Shown one piece after another: positions 28,121 to 37,920 of a stretch of DNA of 64,000 nt. The notes beneath the pieces are model-generated. The model was not told the DNA's origin. It searched no databases and saw nothing but the letters and a program-made list of their open reading frames with translations. Source of the stretch: Myxococcota bacterium (GTDB lineage: Bacteria > Myxococcota_A > UBA9160 > SZUA-336); contig CBDFGR010000002.1 in NCBI GenBank assembly GCA_965247115.1, positions 2,144,001 to 2,208,000 of the forward strand. The letters run 5' to 3'. A program made the position numbers and the translations under genes. Within the stretch, counting starts at the first letter, position 1. Each line of letters opens with the position of its first letter.

Positions 28121-30220
28121 ATGCACTGCGGCGTAAGTCTTCTAGCAGCCATCACCGTTCTGCTGCTGCCGAGTGTCGAGCTGTCTGCGCAGGAAACCGA
28201 GCCTTCCGCCGTTGCGCAGACGGAAGCGCAAGGGGCGATCGAGGAGATCATCGTCACCGCGGAACGGCGCCCCACCGTTCTGCTGGAGACTCCGGCGTCC
28301 ATCTCCGTGGTCTCGGCCGAGGAGATCCTGACCGCCAGGCCCGCGCTGGGGCTCGACGAGGCCCTCGACATGGTGCCCGGCGTCTTCGCGCAGTCCGCAC
28401 GCAACTTTTCGCAGGACACGCGCGTCTCGATTCGCGGTTTCGGTTCGCGCGCGGAGTTCGGCGTGCGCGGCATAAAGGTGCTCGTCGACGGAGTGCCGAA
28501 CACGCTGCCGGACGGCCAGACAGAGCTGGACTCGCTCGAGCTGGATTTTGTCGATCGCATCGAGGTCGTCCGCGGTCCGGTCTCGTCCCTCTACGGAGGC
28601 GGTGGCGGCGGCCTGATCTCGGTCTCCACGATCGAGCCGAGCCCAGAGCCACGGGTCACGCTCCGCACCCTGTTCGGTACGGACCACCTATCGAAGTACT
28701 CGGCGACCGTCACTGGAACCCACGGGGCGACGGGCTACGCAGCCGGCCTGGTCAGGACGCGGCAGAGCGCCTACCGGGACCACAACCGCGCGGAGCAGAC
28801 GGTGCTCATGACGAAGCTCCGGCGCGAGATCGAGGGGGGGGCGCAGCTCGGCCTGAACTTCTCCGCGGTCTGGGCGCCGGAAGCGCAGGATGCGGGGGGG
28901 CTCAGGGCCACGGAGGTGTCCGCGGATCGGAAGCAAGCGCGCTCGGCGAACGTCATCCGCGATGCGGGGGAGAAGCTCAACCAGCAGAAGCTGTCGGTCT
29001 CCCTGCGGCAACCGCTCGGTCAGGATCACGAGGTCAAGGCTGTCGCGTACGTGGTCTGGCGCGATTTCTCGAACTCGCTCCCGATCGACCGCCGGGTCGA
29101 CTTCGACCGGACGATCACGGGGGGTTCCCTCCAGTATCTGGGTGCCTCCGGCATCGTCAGCTGGATTGCCGGCCTCGACGTGGACATTCAGAAGGACAGG
29201 CGGCGCAACTACAGGAACGAGTTTGGCGCACGCGGGGACCTCACGCTGAGCCAGTCAGAGACCGTGCGCGCCGTCGGTCCCTTCGCGCAGGTCGAGGTCG
29301 CCTTACCCCACGACTTCAGTGTGGTGGCGGGCGCGCGCTACGACTGGGTCGAGTTTGTCGTCGGGGATCGTTTCGTGACCCCGACAAACGGAGACCGCTC
29401 CGATCGCATGCGCTTTCGCGAGCTCTCGCCGCGCCTCGGCATACACTGGGGGCGAAGCCCGGCGCTGCAGCTCTACGCCAATCTGGCCACGGGATTCCGC
29501 GTGCCCACCACGACCGAGCTGTCCCCTTCCGATGCCAACGGTGGCTTCTCTTCGGACCTCGATCCCGAGCGGAGCGTCGGGCTCGAGGTCGGTGCCAAGG
29601 GTCTGCTGTGGGAACGGATCTACTACGACCTGGCGCTCTTCGATATGCGGATCGACGACGTGGCCGTCGAGTTCGAGGATCCGACCGGGCAGTCCCTGTT
29701 CCGAGACGCAGGCGAAGCGCGACGACGTGGTGTGGAGTTCGCGTTCTCCGCATCCCTGACGCCAGGCCTCAGCATGCGCGCGGGCTACACGTACGCGGAT
29801 TATCGCTACAAGGACTTCAAGGTCATCGGAACAACAACGGAGTTCGACGGGAACCGCGAGCCCAACACGCCAAAGCACAGCGTTACTGCGGAGCTGCGTG
29901 GCGAGCTACCCTCGGGCGTCTACGGCACACTCGCGCTTCGCCACTTCTCCGACATCGAGGTGAACGACGCGAACTGCGCTGAGAGCTCTGGGTCGACGCT
30001 CTCTGACGCGCGTGTGGGCTGGCAGCTGGAACGAGGAGACACGATCTTCGAGTCCTTCCTCGGCGCGCGAAACTGGAGCGGTGCGCGCTTCAACGGCTCC
30101 CTTCGACCGAACTCCTTCTCGATCTTCAACCCGGACACTTGCAGGGTGATCGTCCCGGGTCGCTACTACGAGCCGGCTCCAGAGACCGAGCTGTACATGG
30201 GAGTGCAGGTCCGCTTCTGA
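28121..30220 (+). CDS. TonB-dependent receptor
   Basis: Signal peptide, TonB box EEIIVTA, plug IRGFG/LVDGVP/IEVVRGP, C-terminal VQVRF. Confidence 0.95.
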   Translation: MHCGVSLLAAITVLLLPSVELSAQETEPSAVAQTEAQGAIEEIIVTAERRPTVLLETPASISVVSAEEILTARPALGLDEALDMVPGVFAQSARNFSQDTRVSIRGFGSRAEFGVRGIKVLVDGVPNTLPDGQTELDSLELDFVDRIEVVRGPVSSLYGGGGGGLISVSTIEPSPEPRVTLRTLFGTDHLSKYSATVTGTHGATGYAAGLVRTRQSAYRDHNRAEQTVLMTKLRREIEGGAQLGLNFSAVWAPEAQDAGGLRATEVSADRKQARSANVIRDAGEKLNQQKLSVSLRQPLGQDHEVKAVAYVVWRDFSNSLPIDRRVDFDRTITGGSLQYLGASGIVSWIAGLDVDIQKDRRRNYRNEFGARGDLTLSQSETVRAVGPFAQVEVALPHDFSVVAGARYDWVEFVVGDRFVTPTNGDRSDRMRFRELSPRLGIHWGRSPALQLYANLATGFRVPTTTELSPSDANGGFSSDLDPERSVGLEVGAKGLLWERIYYDLALFDMRIDDVAVEFEDPTGQSLFRDAGEARRRGVEFAFSASLTPGLSMRAGYTYADYRYKDFKVIGTTTEFDGNREPNTPKHSVTAELRGELPSGVYGTLALRHFSDIEVNDANCAESSGSTLSDARVGWQLERGDTIFESFLGARNWSGARFNGSLRPNSFSIFNPDTCRVIVPGRYYEPAPETELYMGVQVRF

Positions 30221-30239
30221 GGGATCGAGGTCGATCGCT

Positions 30240-32099
30240 TCAGAAGATCCCCAGAAACCCATGGCTGGCGGCGGGCTGCGTTCGGAGGGCCCTGGAGACT
30301 TCCTCGTCGGTGATCCGTTCTGCCAGGGAAGCCGCGCTCTCGCCATCCTTGTCTCGATAGCGCTTTGCCGCGCCGGCTTCGAGCAGAACGCGGATGATCT
30401 CTGGGCTGCGGCTCTGGACCGCCAGCATGAGAGCCGTCGCCCTTCGTTCGTTACGTACGTCGACGTCGGCCTCCTTGGCGATCAGCTCCCTGACGACCCC
30501 GAGATGCGAACGAGATGCTGCGATCATGAGCGGTGTATTGCCGTTGCCGCTCTTCTCGTTGCAATTTGCGCCGTGTTGGAGCAGGACGCGCGCGACGCCG
30601 GCAAATCCCTCGTGTGCGGCAAGAGCCAGGGGAGGCCTGTCCGCCTCGTCGCGAGCACTCAAGGAGGCCCCTGCCTCGAGAAGAAGCGAGACAACCCCCG
30701 GCTTTCCCGAGCGAAGCGCCGCGAAGAACGCCTGCCCTCCCACGTCGAGCTCCGCCCCTGCCTCGAGGAGTACGGAAGCGATCCGCACGTCGCCCGAACG
30801 CAAGGCGGCCAGGAATGGCGTGCGACCCTCTCCATCGCGAGCCTCGAGCTCAGCCCCTGCGCCCAGCAATGCGCGTACGGTCGGCTGATCGCCTGCGCTG
30901 GAAGCGAGTATGAGCGCGGTCCTTCCATTCGGGGTCTTCGTCTCGGTCCGAACCCCTGCGGCGAGCAAGATTTCCACGCACTTCGCGCGCCCCCGCTCGG
31001 CGGCGACGTGGAGCGGTGTCAGGCCCTCACTGCCGGCCCTCGATGGACTGGTGCCGTTTCTCAGCAACGCGCGGACCAGCTCGGACTCCCCTGCTGCAGC
31101 GGCCCTCAGCAGAGCGGCTCCACCGTCACCCCTGCGAACTACCGCCTTGACCTGGGAGTCTGCAGAATCCCTCGGCTCTTCCGTCCGACCCCCTCCGGCT
31201 CGGCGCAACGCTGCAACGATGGCGGCGTTTCCTCGCGCAGTGGCGACGTCTAAGGCCGTCTCGCCGTCGGCGTTTCTGTGGCCGGGATCGGACCCGGCAC
31301 GGAGCAATAGGTTGACGAGCTTCGAGTGGCTCCTCTGTGCAGCGAGGATCAGGGGCGTGTTTCCATAGCGGTCGACCACGTCCTGTGGCACACGGTGGTC
31401 CAGCAGGATCCGAGCCACGGCCTGATGGCCGCCGCTCGCCGCCAGAGTCAGAGCGGAGTCGCCGAAGCTGTCGCGCATCAGGGGGTGAGCTCCCGCGTCC
31501 AGGAGAAACGCGACCGCCTCGTGGTGGCCCGCGGCTGCAGCGATGACCAGGAGCGTTCTGCCGTCCTCATCGCGTGTATCCGGTGATGAGCTCGCCGCGA
31601 TCAGCTGCTCGAGGTCTCCCACGGCTCCCGTAGAAGCGGCGCGCCGCAGGGACGCCTCGGCATCTGCACTGGCCAGTCGATCGGGAAGCGACTTCTCTAG
31701 CGTTCCGAGGCGTTCGCGAGCCTTGCGATGTCCTTGCTCTGCAGCACGGCCAAGCCAGAGGGCGGCGTCCGCGAGATCTGCTGTGACTCCCGTGCCGTTC
31801 AGGTAGCAGAGGCCAAGGCTGTACTGGGCCTTTGCATGCCCGGCTCGGGCGGCCCGAGAATACAGCGCGTAAGCCCGCTTCGCGTCCTTCCGGACGCCCT
31901 GACCGGAGCGATACAGGGCCCCGAGGTGGTACTCGGCCTCCCGATCGCCTTGCCGGGCCAGCGTCTGCCAGATGGCCGCAGCTCTGGCCGGGTCCCCTCG
32001 ACGGATCGCGGTGAAGCCATCTTCGAGGTCCTGGCCGTGCGCTGGTAGCCCGAAGCTCGCGGCGAGGAGTGTCAGTCCGAGTCCGCTACGGAATCCCAT
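30240..32099 (-). CDS. Exported Sel1-repeat + ankyrin-repeat protein
   Basis: Signal peptide (..PAHG/Q), AEYHLGALY.SGQGV and AQYSLGLCY.NG.GV Sel1 repeats, about 13-14 G.TPL..AA..G ankyrin repeats. Confidence 0.92.
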   Translation of the reverse strand: MGFRSGLGLTLLAASFGLPAHGQDLEDGFTAIRRGDPARAAAIWQTLARQGDREAEYHLGALYRSGQGVRKDAKRAYALYSRAARAGHAKAQYSLGLCYLNGTGVTADLADAALWLGRAAEQGHRKARERLGTLEKSLPDRLASADAEASLRRAASTGAVGDLEQLIAASSSPDTRDEDGRTLLVIAAAAGHHEAVAFLLDAGAHPLMRDSFGDSALTLAASGGHQAVARILLDHRVPQDVVDRYGNTPLILAAQRSHSKLVNLLLRAGSDPGHRNADGETALDVATARGNAAIVAALRRAGGGRTEEPRDSADSQVKAVVRRGDGGAALLRAAAAGESELVRALLRNGTSPSRAGSEGLTPLHVAAERGRAKCVEILLAAGVRTETKTPNGRTALILASSAGDQPTVRALLGAGAELEARDGEGRTPFLAALRSGDVRIASVLLEAGAELDVGGQAFFAALRSGKPGVVSLLLEAGASLSARDEADRPPLALAAHEGFAGVARVLLQHGANCNEKSGNGNTPLMIAASRSHLGVVRELIAKEADVDVRNERRATALMLAVQSRSPEIIRVLLEAGAAKRYRDKDGESAASLAERITDEEVSRALRTQPAASHGFLGIF

Positions 32100-32107
32100 A
32101 CGTTACG

Positions 32108-34192
32108 TCAGAAGTCATAGCGGCCCCCGACATTGACGAAGTACTCCGTCTCGTCGGCATCGTTGTCGTTCGCCGTGCCCCTCTCGATGTCCACCCCACC
32201 GTCGAGCTCGAACTGCAAATCGTGCCAGCGGTAGTCGAGTCTGAGCAAAGGCCGGAGCTTCCACTGATCCTCTGAGCCGTCATTGCTGCGGAACTCGAGC
32301 GAGACGCGGGGGCCCAGGCGAAGACCGTCCAGAATCGGGTAGCGAGCGGCGACCGTTGCGGAGTAGCGATCGTTCGTATCGGCGTTGGCGAACCGCAGGC
32401 TGAAGGTCGTAAAGCTCCCATCGACGACGAGGTCTGCTCCCGTCGCGCGAAGCGAGACGTTGTACTCGTTTCCAGTGCCAGGAGTCGCCGGAACGCCCGC
32501 CGATGCCGGCGTGTCCGAGAGCTTGGAGACGGATACGTCTCCCGCGATCTGCCAGCCCGAACCGAGCCGATGAGAGACGCCGAGCGTGGCAGTTCGGGAG
32601 TCGGCGGTGCGATCCTCCGCGAGGTCGCGAATCTGATCCTCATCGAAGAGCGCTTCGAGATCGTCGAAGTCCGCCACGGGCTGGCCTTGTATCGCGTTCC
32701 TCGTGGTGAGGATCGGGCTTTTTCGATGGTCTGCCGACACGCTGACGTTCGTCGAGTCGCCGAGACGCCAGTTGCTGATAAACATCAGGGTGTTCAGCGC
32801 GCTGTAGGAGACGTCGTAGTCTACGAGCGCGAGCGCGAAGGACTGTCCACCGGTGTAGCGAATCTGACCACCGATCGCGGAGCGATCCTCCACGCCGTGA
32901 AGATCCTGTCGAATCGCGAACAGCTGAACGTCCCAGCGCTCCAGGAACGGCCCGATGTCAGCGCTCGTGCCGTAGAAGAAGCGCTGGCTGTTGATTCGGT
33001 TGGAATCGCTGAACTCGACCGGAAAACCGCTGACAATGGAGAGGCGCAACCGCTCTGACATCTGCCTCCACACCTGTACGCCGTCGAAGCGGCCGAGAAC
33101 GCCACCGCCCGAGGCAGATTGCCGACCCAGTCGGGCGGAGTACGCGCTCTTCCTCGACGAGACGTCGATGAACGCCGAGCTGGCGCGTATGGCGTCCTCG
33201 GAGTCGAGCTGGTCCAGCAGGTCATGCCGGTAGGTACCGGAGAAGTTCGTCCGCGCGGAGAACGGCCCCCGCGAATGTCGCGAGCCCAGGAACACGTCGG
33301 AGTCCAGCGAGGAATTGATCGTTTCCGAGCCCGTTACCTCGGTGTCGACCGTGCCCCAGCGATAGAACTGTGCGACGCCGCCGAAGAACGAGTGTTCGAA
33401 GCTCGCCGTCTCGCGCGCTGGTCTCTTGGCCGGGCGCTGTCCGCGGGTCCTTGCAGTTCGGAGCGCCTGCAGGCGTTGAAGCACCCGAGCAACCCCCTCT
33501 GACTCGCGATACGTGGCCAGGTACTCCTCGTACTCGGCACGGGCGTGCGCCAACCTGCCAGCTCGCTGGTATGCCAGCCCGAGCAGCTCCTTTGCCTCGG
33601 GTGCCCTGGGATCGTCAGGCTTCCCGAGCACCTTCGTGAAGAGCATGGCGGCGCGCGGGAAGTCCCCCGCAGTCATGGCCTTGCGGCCCTCCGTCATGAT
33701 GCGGTCGCTGCGCGACGTTCGAGCTCCTTCCTGCTCGCGTAGCAAGATCTGGATTCGTTCCAGGGACGAAGGCTGTGCCACCTTGAATTCAACAGGGCGC
33801 TCGAAGTTGAGAAAAAGTCCTGGGTCCCCCCTGGCGTCGAGGTCGACGTGGATGTCGATCAGGGGGACCAGGTCGCGTGCCCGCCAGACCAGGACCTGGT
33901 CTTCCGCAAGCTCTGAGGGAATATCCTGGGGACTCTCCGCACGGAGCCGGATCTGTAGCGACTCGGACGTGCCGGAAGGAGTATGCGACAGATAGCGGAA
34001 GCGGCCCTCGAGGTGGACCTCGATGACGGTCCAGCTCTGGCTCGGGGTAACCTTGATGCCGCGGATGACGCGCACGGGGGTCACCGCCCTGGCCCGGCTC
34101 AGCGGCGAGAACGTGATCAGCGTGAGGAGCGCAACGCACCAACATCGGCGACTCCTGCTGTGCCGGCGGGCTGTCAGGGGGGGGCGAGACAA
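32108..34192 (-). CDS. Outer-membrane beta-barrel (porin-like) with N-terminal periplasmic and TPR domains
   Basis: Signal peptide, TPR-like AKELLGLAYQRAG..AHARAEYEEYL, alternating amphipathic strands, C-terminal YFVNVGGRYDF. Confidence 0.8.
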   Translation of the reverse strand: MSRPPLTARRHSRSRRCWCVALLTLITFSPLSRARAVTPVRVIRGIKVTPSQSWTVIEVHLEGRFRYLSHTPSGTSESLQIRLRAESPQDIPSELAEDQVLVWRARDLVPLIDIHVDLDARGDPGLFLNFERPVEFKVAQPSSLERIQILLREQEGARTSRSDRIMTEGRKAMTAGDFPRAAMLFTKVLGKPDDPRAPEAKELLGLAYQRAGRLAHARAEYEEYLATYRESEGVARVLQRLQALRTARTRGQRPAKRPARETASFEHSFFGGVAQFYRWGTVDTEVTGSETINSSLDSDVFLGSRHSRGPFSARTNFSGTYRHDLLDQLDSEDAIRASSAFIDVSSRKSAYSARLGRQSASGGGVLGRFDGVQVWRQMSERLRLSIVSGFPVEFSDSNRINSQRFFYGTSADIGPFLERWDVQLFAIRQDLHGVEDRSAIGGQIRYTGGQSFALALVDYDVSYSALNTLMFISNWRLGDSTNVSVSADHRKSPILTTRNAIQGQPVADFDDLEALFDEDQIRDLAEDRTADSRTATLGVSHRLGSGWQIAGDVSVSKLSDTPASAGVPATPGTGNEYNVSLRATGADLVVDGSFTTFSLRFANADTNDRYSATVAARYPILDGLRLGPRVSLEFRSNDGSEDQWKLRPLLRLDYRWHDLQFELDGGVDIERGTANDNDADETEYFVNVGGRYDF

Positions 34193-34195
34193 GCG

Positions 34196-36346
34196 TTACC
34201 AGCCTCCGCTGGTGACCCGGTGCTCTCCGGAACGAGCCTTGTCGATGGTCGAGAGGGTCGCATCCGTATATACGTGGCAGCTTCCGGCACAGTCACGGAG
34301 CTCGCCGGCTGTGTAGAGGATCCTGGGACTGTCGACCTTCTTGTGCGGCCCCGACTCGTAGTCGTTGGTATGGCAGCCTGCGCAATCCGGCTGGTACTGA
34401 GGGAAGTCCCAGGGGACGACCTCGTTGTTCGTCTTGTGGCAGCCCACGCAGCCAGGATTGACCCTATGGTCACCCGGGTAGGCTGCGGAGGCGTGGCTAA
34501 AGTTGATCGGTGTCCACAACGTGGTGTTGTGGCACATCTCGCAATCCAGCATCGTCACAAAGTGGCCCGAGGGTCGCCCGGTCGCCGTTACACCGTTGTG
34601 ACATCCGCCACAGTTTCCCGTGACGTTCGCATGCGTAAAGCTGGCGGGCAGCCACGCGCTCGTCGTGTGGCAGGCCTCGCAGGATGACGTGGTGACGACA
34701 TGATTCGGCGACATACCGGCTGCGTTGATGCCATTGTGGCAGGTCGCGCAGTTCCCAGTGACGCTCGAGTGATCGAAGCTCGCAGGGAGCCAGGCGTTGG
34801 TGTTGTGACAGGCTTCACAGGATGCGGTCGTAACGATGTGATTCGACGACTTTCCTGTCGAGTTAACGCCGTTGTGGCAGGTCCCGCAGTCTGCGCTGAT
34901 CGTAGAATGGTCGAAGCTCGCGGGAATCCAGCCGCTGGTCATGTGGCACGTATCGCAGGCAGCCATGGTTGGCACGTGGTTCACCGACTTGCCTGTGGCG
35001 CTCACTCCGTTGTGGCAGCTCTCGCAGCTTCCCGTGACTGCAGAGTGGTCGAAGCTGGTCGGGATCCAGGCGCTCGTCCGGTGGCATGCTTCACACGACG
35101 CCATCGTTACGATGTGGTTTGCGGACTTGCCGGTCGCGCTCACGCCATTGTGACAGCTCTCACAGTTGTCGGTTATGCCTGAGTGATCGAAGCTCGCGAG
35201 GATCCAGGAGCTCGTACTGTGACAGCTCTCGCAGGATGCCATCGTCACAATGTGATTCGTAGGCTTGCCTACGGCGCTCACGCTGTTGTGACAGCTCTCA
35301 CAGTTGCCGGTGATCCCCGAGTGATCGAAGCTCGTTGGGAGCCAGGCACCTGTGCTGTGGCAGGTCTCGCAAGACTCGGTAGTGACGATGTGGTTCATCG
35401 TCTTGCCCGTGGCGCTCATGCCGTTGTGACAGCTCTCGCAATTCCCGCTGATGCCTGAGTGATCAAAGCTCGTCGGGAGCCATGCCCTGGTCGTGTGGCA
35501 TGTCTCGCAAGGAGCGGCGGTCATGATGTGGCCAGCAGACTTACCCTCGGCGTTGACGCCGTTGTGGCAGCTCTCACAGTTGTCTGTAATGCCTGAGTGG
35601 TCGAAGAGCGCAGGTACGAACGCGTTTGTGCTGTGACAGAACTCGCAAGAGGTGGCCGTCACGATGTGAACCGCGGACTTGCCGATGGCGTTGATGCCGT
35701 TGTGGCAGGTCCCGCAGCTGTCAGTGATGTTCGAGTGGTCGAAGCGCGTTCCCATCCAGGACGTGGTGTTGTGACAGTCCTCACAGATGTTCGAGCTGGC
35801 GATGTGGGTGAGCGACTTCCCCGTTGCTGTCACGCCGTTGTGGCAGCTCAGGCAGCTCCCCGTGATGCCCGAATGGTCAAATCTGGCTGACGAGAAGGTC
35901 ACGGTACCGTGACAGTCCTCGCATGCATCAGAGCTCGGCAGATGCGAGGCTGACTTGCCGACCGCGGTCGCGCCGTTGTGGCAACCAAAACAGCTCCCGC
36001 TGATCTCCGCATGGTCGAAGCGGGCGCCAAACCAGTGGTTCGTGGTGTGGCAGTCGGCGCAGGGCGCTGAGGTCGGAACGTGGTTCTGGGGCTTGTGGCT
36101 CGACGCCACACCACCTACGCCGTGGCAAGTCGAGCACTCCTTCGACGTCCCCTCGAACAGACCTCTGTTGTGGCACGACTCGCAGGCTACGCGCTCGTGG
36201 GCGCCCGTGAGCGGGAAGCTCGTCAAGAAGTGGTCGAAGTCCCGATCCTGGGCTCCGGAGTAGGGCGCGGGTGCCAGAACGATTGCCGCTGCGATGGCTA
36301 GCGCGCCAGCCGGCAATATCAGGAAAGCGAACCCACGCAGAGTCAT
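34196..36346 (-). CDS. 28-heme c-type cytochrome (27 CxxCH + 1 CxxxCH), exported
   Basis: Motifs counted by hand; signal MTLRGFAFLIL...SGA/QD; ATGA overlap with the upstream gene. Confidence 0.93.
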   Translation of the reverse strand: MTLRGFAFLILPAGALAIAAAIVLAPAPYSGAQDRDFDHFLTSFPLTGAHERVACESCHNRGLFEGTSKECSTCHGVGGVASSHKPQNHVPTSAPCADCHTTNHWFGARFDHAEISGSCFGCHNGATAVGKSASHLPSSDACEDCHGTVTFSSARFDHSGITGSCLSCHNGVTATGKSLTHIASSNICEDCHNTTSWMGTRFDHSNITDSCGTCHNGINAIGKSAVHIVTATSCEFCHSTNAFVPALFDHSGITDNCESCHNGVNAEGKSAGHIMTAAPCETCHTTRAWLPTSFDHSGISGNCESCHNGMSATGKTMNHIVTTESCETCHSTGAWLPTSFDHSGITGNCESCHNSVSAVGKPTNHIVTMASCESCHSTSSWILASFDHSGITDNCESCHNGVSATGKSANHIVTMASCEACHRTSAWIPTSFDHSAVTGSCESCHNGVSATGKSVNHVPTMAACDTCHMTSGWIPASFDHSTISADCGTCHNGVNSTGKSSNHIVTTASCEACHNTNAWLPASFDHSSVTGNCATCHNGINAAGMSPNHVVTTSSCEACHTTSAWLPASFTHANVTGNCGGCHNGVTATGRPSGHFVTMLDCEMCHNTTLWTPINFSHASAAYPGDHRVNPGCVGCHKTNNEVVPWDFPQYQPDCAGCHTNDYESGPHKKVDSPRILYTAGELRDCAGSCHVYTDATLSTIDKARSGEHRVTSGGW
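34529..36061 (-). repeat. Intragenic tandem repeat with a 138-nt (46-aa) di-heme unit, about 11 copies
   Basis: CxxCH-NG..A.GK...H..T...-CxxCH-....W....FDH......; hemes 3-25 are spaced exactly 69 nt apart. Confidence 0.92.
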
Positions 36347-37920
36347 CGGGGCGACCTCATCTGGTCCCACCCGTCGGGCTGATGACATCTGGAGCAGTCC
36401 CTTCCATATCTCCCAAGGTGGACATCGTCGCGCTGGTGGCAGTAGCCACAGGTCCTCGAGGTCTGGATCTTCCTGGCCACGGGCTGTGCGTGGCAGTCCC
36501 GGCACGTCTGCTCGACGTGAGCTCCCTCGAGAGGAAAGTCAGTCTGCCGATCGTGATCGAACTGCCAGAAGCTCCATCCGTTCGGGTTGTGGCAGAGCTG
36601 GCAGCCTGGACCGAGGGTCTGCTCGTGAAAGTCGTCGCCCCGGTGGCAGTCGTCGCAGCCAGTCGGAGCATCGTGGAAGGCTGTCGTCGCATGGCAGTCC
36701 TCACAGGTCGCTGCAGCGTGGAGACCCAGGAGGGGGAACCTTGTGAGGTCGTGATCGAAGAAGACACTTGCGCTCCAGCCCGTTTCCTGATGGCACTGCC
36801 CACACTCCTTGCCTTGCTGTCCCTTGTGAACGTCATCTTGCAAGTGGCACGCTTGACAGTCGGTGCCGAGCTTCGACTCGCCGATGGTGCGGGTGTGGCA
36901 TCGGACACACGCAACTTGCTCGTGCAATCCCCTCAGGGGGAAATCGGTAGCGTCGTGATCGAACCTGAGCCGCTCCCAGCCATTTGGTGAGTGACACGAG
37001 TCGCAGGAACGCCCGAAGCGCCCCTTGTGGCTGTCATCCGAGCGGTGGCAGGAGTAGCAGTCCGTCTGCATCTCGACTGCGTACAGATTGCCGGTGTGGC
37101 AGCTATCGCACTCCACCCTTTTGTGCGATCCCACGAGAGGGAAGTCCGTGTCCCTATCGTGATCGAAAGACATCACCTCCCACGCGCGGCTCGAGTGGCA
37201 ATCTTCGCACTTGCGCCCGAAGCGGCCTGAGTGAACGTCGTTGAGCCGGTGGCAGGAGTAGCAGTCCATCGGGGTCTCTTCGAATTGCTCGTTGGGATGA
37301 CAGAAGCTGCACGCGACCTGAGCGTGCCTACCCACGAGCCGAAAACGCGTCTCGTCATGATCGAATCCGATCCGCGTCCAGGACTTCGGGTTGTGGCAGT
37401 CCTGGCACTCATTGCCGAGGTCTCCGTCGTGGGGGTCCTCCTCGCCGTGGCAGTCCACGCAGTCGGACATGGCATCGCGGTGCAGCTCCTCGGAGGGGTG
37501 GCATTCCGCGCACGGCACGCTCTGATGTCGGCCGACCAGCCCGAAGTCCGTGAAGTCGTGATCGAACGTCTCTGGGTCCAGGCCGACGATGTCACCGTCT
37601 CGTCCGATGTGCTCCGTGTGACAGGTGCTGCACTCCATGGCGAGGGCGTTACTCCGGCCGTGGAACCCGCTCCTTCCCTTGACGTCCTCGGCTACGGCGT
37701 CGTGGCAGTCGAGGCAGAGTGAACGCTGTTCTGTCCTCTGGAACGGTCTGTGACAGTTGCTGCATTCCCCCTCGAGGTCCTCGTGGCCGCGTATCACCTC
37801 TCCCGGCATGATGATCTTCTCGAGATCGATGCCTGCAGCAGAACCCGGCGCGACACTGGCCAGGAGGGCAACCCGCAGCACGCGTCGAGCCGAATCAATA
37901 CATGTGGACAGCGAGAACAT
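36343..37920 (-). CDS. 21-heme c-type cytochrome (c7/c3-like triheme modules), periplasmic
   Basis: 21 CxxCH; six repeats of FDH...FPL.G.H....CxxCH...CxxCH...D.H.G..G..CxxCH...W; start may be the GTG at about 37881. Confidence 0.93.
   Translation of the reverse strand: MFSLSTCIDSARRVLRVALLASVAPGSAAGIDLEKIIMPGEVIRGHEDLEGECSNCHRPFQRTEQRSLCLDCHDAVAEDVKGRSGFHGRSNALAMECSTCHTEHIGRDGDIVGLDPETFDHDFTDFGLVGRHQSVPCAECHPSEELHRDAMSDCVDCHGEEDPHDGDLGNECQDCHNPKSWTRIGFDHDETRFRLVGRHAQVACSFCHPNEQFEETPMDCYSCHRLNDVHSGRFGRKCEDCHSSRAWEVMSFDHDRDTDFPLVGSHKRVECDSCHTGNLYAVEMQTDCYSCHRSDDSHKGRFGRSCDSCHSPNGWERLRFDHDATDFPLRGLHEQVACVRCHTRTIGESKLGTDCQACHLQDDVHKGQQGKECGQCHQETGWSASVFFDHDLTRFPLLGLHAAATCEDCHATTAFHDAPTGCDDCHRGDDFHEQTLGPGCQLCHNPNGWSFWQFDHDRQTDFPLEGAHVEQTCRDCHAQPVARKIQTSRTCGYCHQRDDVHLGRYGRDCSRCHQPDGWDQMRSPR

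Noticed and set aside
34529..36061. Regular DNA repeats as a CRISPR array
   Set aside because: Degenerate in-frame 138-nt coding repeats; no identical repeat/unique spacer structure and no cas genes
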